Assembly (NCBI GenBank): GCA_964016885.1
Contig: OZ024741.1
Location: 314,402,001 to 314,466,000 of the forward strand
Length of the DNA: 64,000 nucleotides
Direction: 5' to 3'
From: Eledone cirrhosa
Taxonomy: Eukaryota
The position numbers and the translations under genes are program-made. Positions 24,918-35,304 of the stretch are shown one piece after another. Positions within the stretch are counted from its first letter, which is position 1. Each line of letters begins with the position of its first letter. The notes beneath the pieces are model-generated. The model did not search any database, was not told the origin of the DNA, and worked only from the letters and a program-made list of their open reading frames with translations.

Positions 24918-24920
<3 letters not shown>
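23926..24920. repeat. Compound fold-back of PLE pseudo-LTR sequence between (TA)n tracts
   Basis: 23926-24215 is the reverse complement of both about 24235-24470 and 24725-24920; no coding domain. Confidence 0.85.
24658..24732 (+). ncRNA. Type I hammerhead ribozyme with a stable stem III
   Basis: tttgctga CTGAGGA (32-nt imperfect stem II) GAAAC gaa-gcgaga-ttc GTA tcagcaaa. 8-bp stem I, 5-bp stem III, predicted cleavage after 24724. Confidence 0.82.
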
Positions 24921-24975
<55 letters not shown>

Positions 24976-25076
24976 CAAGAGGAAGCAAATAAAGAAAAAA
25001 ATAAAAAATAAATTTCAAAAAATTCACCGCCGTCTTTGTTTTGTCCCCTTTTCTTCTGCGCCCTTGTGGCTAATAA

Positions 25077-25129
<53 letters not shown>

Positions 25130-25317
25130 CTGCAAGCGTCGGAGTGGTCGTCCTGATGAAGACCAGTTAAGTCTGATGAAAAGCATCGTCTGAAAAGTGT
25201 CTGCTGGTCACCGCCAGAGGGCGTATGTATGTATATATATATATATATACATACATACATACATACATAAATAAAGTTAAAATAAATTTCAAAAAGTTCA
25301 CTGTATTTACTATATCT

Positions 25318-25398
25318 TCATTTACCGCGGTTTCAGATCCCAAAACAAATAGATAATCCAAGCGGATTACTTTGAGAAAGAGATCCTCGTCAGAAGGC
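25318..25398 (-). ncRNA. Hammerhead ribozyme, left-arm copy
   Basis: gcctt CTGACGA ggatct...ggatct GAAAC cgcg GTA aatga; palindromic stem III accgcggt. Confidence 0.7.
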
Positions 25399-25582
25399 TT
25401 TTCTGTCTCGGAGAATATAAGATTCACGAGTTCAAAATACAAACTGGTGCCATGCAAAACTGCTCCAACAAATGCACACGGTAATAGACAAAATTGTTTC
25501 ATCATTCATTTGTTGGGGCAGTTTTGCATGGCGCCAGTTTGTATTTTGAACTCGGGAATCTTATATTGTCCGAGAGAGAAAA

Positions 25583-25663
25583 GCCTCTGACGAGGATCTC
25601 TTTCGCAATGTCAATCCGCTTGGATTATCTATTTGTTTTGGGATATGAAACCGCGGTAAAGGC
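25583..25663 (+). ncRNA. Hammerhead ribozyme, right-arm copy
   Basis: gcct CTGACGA ggatct...ggatat GAAAC cgcg GTA aaggc; consensus stem I of the two copies is gcctt/aaggc. Confidence 0.72.
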
Positions 25664-25856
25664 ACATATAGTAAGTACAGTGAACTTTTTGAAATTTATT
25701 TTAACTTTTTTTCTTTGTTTGCTTTCCGTTGATATTATATGTTCTGGCTTGTTAATTTATTAATTTACCATTGAACTACACTTGCATACGGGCGGACTAT
25801 ACTTGTATCCCTATGTGTATTATTTACATATAGGAACACATACTTTTATTATATAT

Positions 25857-25891
<35 letters not shown>

Positions 25892-26009
25892 AATATATAT
25901 ATATATACATACATACGCCCTCTGGCGGTGACCAGCAGAAACTTTCAGACGATGCTTTTCATCAGACTTAACTGGTCTTCATCAGGACGACCACTCCGAC
26001 GCTTGCAGA

Positions 26010-26074
<65 letters not shown>

Positions 26075-26077
<3 letters not shown>

Positions 26078-29000
26078 CTTTATTAGCCACAAGGGCGCAG
26101 AAGAAAAGGGGACAAAACAAAGATGGTGAATTTTTTGATGGTCGACCCTATCAAATGCCTTAGTCTGATCTAAATTGATCAGAGCCCCACCGAAGCCAGG
26201 TTTACACCCTACCCTCTCTATGATGTATCGCATAAGGTGGAAGTTGTCGTGTAATGACCTGGTCGGGATTGCACACGTTTGCGCTTCCCCTACGAGGTTC
26301 TCGAAGACAGGCGCAAGCCTCGCTGCTAACGCCAGAGTACAAGTCTGGCATGCCTATGTAAAACTCATAGTGTAGATCATCTAAACCGGGTGATTTGGTG
26401 TTTCCCGCAGCGGCCTAGGGATCTTCTATTTTTCCCGCTGTGATCGGCCTTTCGCAGCTCTCTGAATCCGTGCTCGAGAGTCTTGGTACGCCGTCGAGGT
26501 AGGAACTGAAATCCATCACCTCGCTCGACATATCGCTTTGCCTAAACCGTTGTGCAAAGGTTGTTGGAAGGACGTGCTCGTCTGCTTGGATTCAAGTAGA
26601 ATGCGTCAATCTTTGTCTTGCAAAGACCGAATAGTGGATTTGTTGCCATTTTCGCCTCTGCCACTCGGGCCCAGCAAACAGCTGTGGCTCCCTCGTTACT
26701 TAGAGCACGTTTTCTACTTCTGACAATACAACCTTCGTGTTTCACGTTGAAGAACTGGTCTAGTGTCGTTCTCGCCGCTAACACGTCCGCTGTACTGCCA
26801 TTTCTAAGTGCCTCTTCTACTTTAGCTAAAAGTTCCTTTTCGGTTTTGTTTTTTTCTAAAACTACTTCCTTGCTAAATGCTATCGATTCTATTCTAATTG
26901 CTATCTTGACAGAGCTCCACCACCTGTTGTTGACGATCACACGCGTCAACTTGGAATTGGCTGATGAGATTTCTGAGGCTATCACACCCCCTCTATTGTC
27001 ACAAGCTCCTACATAGTCCCAACGTGCGTCTAAGATGCCATTCCAGTCCCCCGCTAACACTAAGGAGTGAGACGTTCACAGGAATGGCTCCACACGCTTT
27101 AAGAACTCTGCTCGCGATGTCCCAGCCTAGGCATATATGCCCACCAGGCTGAAAGCTACACCTTCACTACCATTCACGTCCAGGGCCACCAGGCTGCCCT
27201 CCATATCTAAGTGAATCGTCTGTACTCTGAGAAGCTTTTTTCGAAACAGAATAGAATCTCCCCCTCCGCCTCCTGGCTCAGAGAGAATTGCGTAGATCTC
27301 AAAATCATCGAACATGGGGGTTAGCTGCTGCTTGTCGTGAATCCTGGACTCGGTGATGGCTATCACATCTGTACAATATGACCTGAGATCATTTAAAAGC
27401 TGACCCTGTGAACAGGGCATGCTCAGGCCACGTACATTCAAACATCCAACCTGTATAGTCGCCATGTTGGTGAAGAAGATTTAAGGACAGAAAATGCAGG
27501 AACACTTACCTTTACTTTTCCTGGAGGTCGGGTTGTTCGATCTCCATGTCCAGATTGGGGGTGTTTGGGGAGGGAGGGAATCCTTTTAGCAGGCTAAGGG
27601 GTTTTTGGCAAGCCGGGCCCACATCATGTGGGACGTTCTCTTTTAAAGTTTCGTACTGTAGGGTTGTTACCCTGATAAGTTTGAGGTTTGGGGTGAGTCA
27701 TTTGTGGGGAAGGTTTTCCCTTCCGATTGGGTCCTTTCAGACAGTTTCCACTAGTTCTTTGTTTCTTGTTTTTATGTATGTGTAATGTGTTTTGTTTTTT
27801 ATGTGTACTGTTTCTGTTTGTAGTTTTCTTTTTGTGGTTGGGGTTTGTTATTGGGGTGGTGTGGGTGTTTGTTTTGTTGGTGGAGTGTCTGGTTGTGTTG
27901 TTGGTGTGCTTGTCGTTTGTGGCGGTATGTTTATGTCAGTGTTGGGTATGTGCGTGTTTTCAGTTGATGTTTTCGTTGTATTTTTTCTGTCTTTTTTGTT
28001 TCTTGGATTTTTGGGGTTCCTCTTCATCCTCACCTGGGGAAGTTCAGGTTCCTGTGTCTGAGGTGTTATCATTGCGGGTAGGTAGGAGGGGTATATTGTG
28101 TGGAGATGGAGTGTCTGTGTATGTGTTTGTGGGAGGGGGAAGGGGTGGGACAGAGTCCTTCGGGGGAATTCTTGGTGTAGTGTCATTTGGGGTTTGTGAT
28201 GGTTGGATGATTGTTGATGCTTTGGGGGTTGTGTTTTTTTTGTTTTCGGGTGTGTTTGTTGTAGGTTTAGGGTTGGTAACAACGCCTTCTATTGTTTTTC
28301 CATATCCAGCATTGGGAAAAATGCTTTTAAATGTTTTTTTTTTTCCACATTTGAAATATTGTGGTCTTTTGCCCTCCACTGCGATGTGGACGATATGGTT
28401 GTCATCCAACGGCACCCTTTCCAGTATTTTTTCAATCCTCTCCGGTTTCATTTGATCAAAAGCTCCATTGAGGTCCCGTTAGAGTTCTGTCGGATTGAAT
28501 TTTTACAGGGAGGAGGTTGTCTTCACCCTCTTCCAAAGAAATAAACACCCAGGATCCACTAAATGTTGGTGTTCGGTGGGATCTGGGGGAGCCTTATTTT
28601 ATGGCTTCTTCTTCCTATGTATGTTGGGAAGAAGATGTGTTGGCTCGTTCTAATTGGCGCCACCGAATATTTCTGTGTGAGGGCCTCGCTTTTAAAGAGC
28701 ACCGAGATGCTCTTGTACTGCTTGGCCCTCTGGAGGTAAGCAATGTCTGACATTGCCTCTTTTAGTGTGGTTTGCACCAAGCTACTGCTTAAAGCCATAG
28801 GTTTCTTGGTTTGTGAGCAGATCGTCCGGAAGAAAATTGTTTTTCTTAAGGGCGCGGCCCTAATTTCTGGTGGGGTACTTATTCGAAAACCGTTACCTTC
28901 CAACCTTATATGTTGCGCAGCGTCCTTTAGGTGCTGCGCTTGGTTTGACAGATTTATTTCTATAAACTGTCTCTTTGGCAAGGCTTTTTATAAAGTTTTT

Positions 29001-29400
29001 TTTATGTGTTTGGTTGTTTTCGTTTGTGCTGGAGTTGTTGTTTTTGGTGTTCTTGTTACTTTTGGTTTTGTTTTCATTCATAGCATTGTTGTTGTTGTTG
29101 CTGGTGGTTCCGGTTGTGTTGATTTTGTTCATTGTTTCACACTTTTGGTTTTTTGCCATGGCAACAGCAAGTTGTCGGTCAGCAGGTGAAGTAAATATTT
29201 CCTCTTTTTGACCTTTGTCTGAGACATCTGCTACTATGATTGGAAGGTGGAAGCTGTAAGAATATCTTCCCTTTTCCTCCATCGAATGTTGGTGAAGAAG
29301 TTGTTGCTTCAGCCATTTTTTTTAAAACGTTAGTTTTTCCAAAAATGTTTTTCGTGAACTATTTCCCCTAAGGGCGTAGAATATTTTGAGAGACTGACCA
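26075..29400 (-). mobile_element. L1/Tx1-like LINE with ORF1 and an internally deleted ORF2
   Basis: ORF1 remnants 27500-29300 (N/T/K-rich, degenerate knuckle YFKCGKK). ORF2 starts MATIQVGCLNVRGL (APE), then AGDWN. The RT piece NLDQTKAFDRVDH is joined directly to the 3' tip cccttgtggctaataaagaaa + (TA)n. Confidence 0.88.
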
Positions 29401-29541
29401 GATCAAATTTGACCTAGCAGTCCCTTTACAAATTGGTATAAAAATGAAGGCTCACAGTCAAGAATTTCTATAGAAATTAAGCAGAACATACCCAGCAAGT
29501 TTCACACGTCTGTCCATCCATTTAGATATACAGATAAATAG

Positions 29542-30235
<694 letters not shown>

Positions 30236-30241
30236 TATACA

Positions 30242-30302
<61 letters not shown>

Positions 30303-30309
<7 letters not shown>

Positions 30310-30416
30310 TGAGATTCTACAGGACTAGAACTGTTTCATTCATTAGAAATCATCAGGGATTCCTGATGATTTCTAATGAATGAAACAGTTCTAGTCCTGT
30401 AGAATCTCATCTATAT
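30303..30416. repeat. Perfect 55-bp-arm palindrome containing a hammerhead core in each arm
   Basis: Arms 30303-30357 and 30362-30416, loop gatt. Right arm: CTGATGA t-ttc-taat-gaa-t GAAAC agttcta GTC (30363-30396); the 5' strand of stem I is cut off by the inversion point. Confidence 0.88.
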
Positions 30417-30540
30417 TAAAACTGTTATACTCTGCTATGTATTGAGTACCTTACTTACTGTGGTTACCTCCGATTCAACCCGGAATAACGTATATATATA
30501 TGTACATAGATTGATCTCTCTCTCTCTATATATATCATAA

Positions 30541-33330
30541 TCATTATCATCATTTTACGTCCGCTTTTCCCTGTTTGCAAGGGTTTGACGGGTCCTATTC
30601 AGCACAGCATTACTCCACTTATCACGGTCCTTTATAATCTCGGTGAGTTTCTGCGATCTGAGATCTTCTCTCACCACTTCCGCCCATGTTTTTCGTGGTC
30701 TACCTCTACTGCGCCTTCCTTCTACTGGGGTTTCTTGGCACCTCGTTATCCAGCCGTCTTGCTCCATGCGCATGACATGTCCATACCATCTCAGCCTTCT
30801 CTCCTGCACACCACAACTTATCCCTCTTGTACTCAGTTTCTTTCTCAACTCGTCCATGCTTGGTCGTTCACGCACATTGACAATGCTCATCCAACGGAGC
30901 ATACTAGCATCTACTACATACGTAGTTTACCCTACCTGTTAGTTTGCCTTCTATCCCACTACATCTCTTGTGTAACCAAGATCAACATTGCGTACATTTT
31001 AAGGAATGTATGCCACTTCCTTTCCTACATATCTAACATGGCCAATTCCCTGATGGAATCAGAGCATTGTCCTCTCTTCTACTTATCAACACTTTTGTTT
31101 TAACTATGTTCACTCTCAGGCCCCTTGATTCCAACTGATGTTTCCATAGCCAGAATTTATTCTCTAACTCCTCTACTGATTTTGCTATAAGAACCAGATC
31201 TTCAGCATAGAGAGGTTCCCATGGGCATCCATTCTTAAACTCCTCTGTTATGGCTTGGAGGACTAAAATGAGGACCGAACGCCGATGTACAAATACTTGT
31301 ATCTGGAATTCCTCACTAAACTCCATACCTACTCTCACTTTATTGACATCACCCCTGTACATAGCTTGCACTGTCCTCACAAGCCATTCATCTACACCTA
31401 GTTTTCTTACGGACCACCAGATGACAGATCGGGGTACCTTATCAAAGGTCTTTTCTAGGTCAAAAAAAGATAAGTATAGTGGCTTATTCTTCTCTATAAA
31501 CTTCTCTTGTAGTTGCTGCACTAAGAAGAGGGCATCTGTTGTACTTTTTCGAGGCACAAAACCAAACTGAATCTCATCTAATTTGAACCTTTCTCTAATC
31601 AGTTACGCTAATATTCTCTCTGCCACTTTCATCAGCTTTATGCCCCTATAATTGCTCTTCTCTAGAACATCCCCTTTACATTTATAGCAATTTATGAGAA
31701 TACTGTTGCACCAGTCTCTGGGTATGACACCACCATATATAGCTTGATTGATGATGCGTGCAACCAGTTTAGTGCCTACTTCTCCTGATGCCTTCAGCAT
31801 TTCAGCAACCATTCCCGTCGGTCCAGCAGCCTTACCATTCTTCATTTGCTTAATTGCATCTCTTACCCTATATTCGTCAATCTCAATACTTGGTCCCTCC
31901 GTTGGGTCTACTTGCGTTAATTTCTCTCTCTCCCGTTAGTTGTCCATATTCATAGTGACATTTCCAGGCCTCCTTCTTTTGATCATTCGTGACACTAAGT
32001 ACACCGGCATCATTCCGGACATACTTATCTCCAACAACATCCTGATTTGCACTGACACACCGCCTTGCAATGCGGAACACCGCACGTCACTGATCTTCCC
32101 CTCACAGAACATTGACAAACCTCCTACTTTGAGCCTCCATGTGTGCTAAGTACACCTGACGTCTTGCTTCTCTCTTAGCGGCTATCTATCCTTCCCTAAT
32201 CGCACCATTTTCCCAAGCCTCCCATGCCAGTCTTTTGTCTCTAATGGTTCTATCTACCGTACTCTGCCACCACTAGGTCACTCTCTGCCTGGTTGAAGCT
32301 CTGCCCCAATCACAAGTTTCTTCAGTAGCCTGCAGTAAGTTGTCACGCAAGAAATTCCAGTTATCATCTATGTCATACAACTCTAAATCATCTTCTTTTT
32401 CGTCATACACGTCTTGAAGGGCGTTGCTAAATTTATATTTTAATGAAAGGTCTGTTAGCTTCAGACCTTCCTTTTTGCACATCTTCCTGTATATCTCATT
32501 CTTTCTCATGCTTACTGAGATGTCATTAACGATTAACCTATCCTGTGGGGTACATTCTTCCCCGTGGGATGCCTTAGTATTTGACACCATCTGTCTCTCT
32601 CGCCGTCTAACTAGCAGGAAGTAAATCTGGCTTATGTGCTCGCCCGATTTGTAGGTTATTAGGTGGTTGGTAGGCTTCTGGAAGTTAGTGTTGCAAATGG
32701 TTTGTGCATTTGCTTCACAAAATTCAAGAAGCCTCACTCGTTCATTTCTTGACCCATAACCGTGCCCACGATGTACCCCAGTGTATCCATCCTGGAGCTG
32801 TTCAACATTTCCATTGAAGTCCCCTGCTAGTATAATGATGTCTCTGTCCTCTGTCATTGAGGTTATTTGTAAAAGTTGCTCGTAAAAGCAGCCTTTCTCT
32901 TCTTTACCTAGGCCTGCTTGGGGAGTATGGGCAGAGATGATTGTTAGTAGTCTCTTGCCTACAACTAATCTAAGCTTAATAATTCTATTACTAACTCTAA
33001 CTACATCTATTGTCTTATTGATGCAACTCTCAGCCAGTAATATGCCCACTCCACCTAACCCATCATCATTACTCACCCAGAAAAGCTTATAACTACGAGG
33101 TTTGCCTGCGATTTGTCTTGCAGAGGCACCTCTCCATCTCACCTCTTGCACGCAGCACACATCCACATGCTTTCTCTCCAGCATCTCCGCTATCTCACCA
33201 GATCTACCTGTTAGAGTGCCAAAATTAAGTGTGGCAACTCTGAGATGCGACGTCTCGTTCCTTTTCCTGTTTTGCGATTGCTTGATGACGGTCGTGGGCT
33301 TCTCACACATGGCCTCACTAGTCACCCCAC
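30541..33330 (-). mobile_element. Near full-length decayed RTE-clade LINE
   Basis: APE domain RVATLNFGTLTGR...CCVQEVRWRG...AGDFNG. RT MKNGKAAGP, FFDLEKTFDKVPR, YAED. C-terminus RLRWYGHVMR...RGRPRKTW; (ATG)n-like tail. Confidence 0.92.
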
Positions 33331-33334
33331 TACA

Positions 33335-33674
33335 ATGTCAGTAGAATGAGCCACGCATTCCTGCTCTTGTGTTGGTATGTAAACAGAACTGCAGACACTA
33401 ATGTTTCTGTGTGATTACCCTTCAACAGTCCCGTTCACTTTTCATCTGCCAACTTACAGAGCAGTGAAAATATATGGTATTTTCTCAAATATACAGTGAC
33501 TGATTGGTTGACTGGCTGATCAGTCAGGCCTGCATATTAGCAAATCCCCTGATCAGACAGCTTTGCATATCAGCAGAAAGGCCAGCCAGTTTTATGTATA
33601 CTAGCGATTAATGGGCGGCTTTGCCAAATTCATGCCAACACAAGAGCAAGAATAAGGGATCATTCTACTGACAT
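33335..33674. repeat. About 45-bp imperfect terminal inverted repeats around about 250 bp (MITE-like, or inverted RTE 5' end)
   Basis: atgtcagtagaatgagccacgcattcctgctcttgtgttgg versus ccaacacaagagcaagaataagggatcattctactgacat. Confidence 0.6.
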
Positions 33675-33732
33675 AGGTTAAAAGAGTCTGTTTGCATAAT
33701 TGCAAACGAATCGAATATCATTATTAATATTC

Positions 33733-34527
33733 GGGCGGTGAATTGGCAGTATCGGTAGAGGGTTGGATTATGCTTTCCAGCATAGCTACGTCCCTTTACG
33801 ATCTGAGTTCAATTTCCGCCGAGATTAACTTTGCCTTTCATCCTTACGGGGTCGATAAAATAAAGCACCAGTTATGTACTGGATTAATTGCTGGCCTTGT
33901 GCCAAAAAGTAGAAACAATTATTAATATTCGGGCGGTGCATTGGCAGTATCGGTAGAGAGTCGGACGCCATGCTTTCCAGCATAGTTACGTACCTTTACG
34001 ATCTGAGTTCATATCCCGCCAAGGTTGACTTTGCCTTTCATCCTTACGGGATCAATAAAATATAGTACCAGTAAAGCACTGAGTAATTGCTGGCCTTGTG
34101 CCTAAAGTAGAAACAATTATTAATATTCGAAAATGGTGAATAGGCAGTATTGGTAGAGGGTTGGACGCCATGCTTTCTAGCATAGTTACGTCCCTTTACA
34201 GTCTGAGTTCAAATCTCGCCGTGGTTAACTTTGCCTTTCATCCTTACGGGGTCGATAAAATAAAGTACCAGTAATGTACTGGGTAATTGCTGGCCATGTG
34301 CCTAAAGTAGAAACAATTATTAATATTCGAAAATATTCGAGGGCAGTGGATTGGCAGTATCGGTAGAGGGTCGGACGCCAAGCATAGAGTTACAGTCCTT
34401 GCTATTCTGAGTTCAAATCCCGCCGAGGTTAACTTTGCCTTTCATCCTTACGGGGGGTGATACAATAAAGTACCAGTAATACACTGGAATAATTGCTGGC
34501 CTTATGACAAAAGTAGAAACAATTATT
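33733..34527 (+). mobile_element. Head-to-tail tetramer of the tRNA-derived SINE
   Basis: Units start at about 33733, 33931, 34134 and 34341; each ends agtagaaacaattatt and is followed by aatattcg. Confidence 0.93.
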
Positions 34528-34585
34528 AATATTCGAAAATCTCAGATTACATTTATTGTATTCGTTCATGTAGAGCGATAACTTT

Positions 34586-34633
<48 letters not shown>

Positions 34634-34714
34634 AGACTATGTGTGTGTGGTTGTATAAATATATATATACATACATAACTTTGATAGCTTTTAAAGAACT
34701 AGGAAAGAACTACA

Positions 34715-35300
34715 TAGATTCTTTAGAAGTATTAATTTGGATAACACCAAAACTGTTAATTTTCCTGACGTTACCCTATGCTTAGACACGAAAACATTTA
34801 CACCTTACCATTAACCTCATGAAAAACTATTTTTCGTTGATACCAATTCTAACCTCCATAGAACTGTTTTAAATCTAATTGTTAAAGCTGTATCTAATAG
34901 AATTAGTAATTTATCCTATAATGAATCTATCTTTAAACCAAATACACATTATTATAATGAAGCTTTATCACGTTCTGGCTATAAACATACAATTGAGTTT
35001 ATGCCTGAAACTCCTTTGCTTACTACGATAAACAACCTAATATTATTTCACATAATAAGGCGGTGGATTGGCAGTATCGGTAGAAGGTCAGAGGCCATGC
35101 TTTGACGCAAAGAGTTACGGCCCTTTCCATTCTGAGTTCAAATCCCGCCGAGGTTAACTTTGCCTTTCATCCTTACGGGGGTCTATAAAATAAAGTACCA
35201 GTAATGCACTGGCCTGGTGGCCATGGCGACTATGAAAAAACCTATAAATATAAAAACTAATAACGATAATAATATTATTAATGGAAACAGTAGATTAAAT
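34715..35300 (+). mobile_element. PLE RT C-terminal remnant (first half, interrupted by a SINE and a Tx1 LINE)
   Basis: Translates as TKTVNFPDVTLCLDT..FTPYH*PHE..VDTNSN...VSNRISNLS, homologous to the PLE at 22412-22984. Confidence 0.75.
35059..35214 (+). mobile_element. tRNA-derived SINE (3'-truncated)
   Basis: Matches the SINE consensus from ggcggtggattggcag to gtaatgcactgg. Confidence 0.88.
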
Positions 35301-35304
35301 AATG

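Larger units (their letters stand above)
24970..26135. repeat. Nested long inverted repeat centred near 25500
   Basis: About 25275-25475 pairs with 25510-25710, and about 25015-25235 pairs with 25905-26135. The outer arms include a Tx1 3' tip and (TA)n. Confidence 0.85.

Noticed and set aside
27727-28455. 242-aa hydrophobic membrane-like ORF on +
   Set aside because: Antisense shadow of the A/C-rich Tx1 ORF1.
33330-33700. HDV-like ribozyme in the RTE 5' UTR
   Set aside because: Expected for some RTEs, but no P1/P3/L3/J4-2 arrangement could be identified by eye.
33733-34527. tRNA genes or a CRISPR-like array
   Set aside because: A and B boxes are present but there is no cloverleaf. The units are 190-bp SINEs with constant rather than unique spacers, and the context is eukaryotic with no cas genes.
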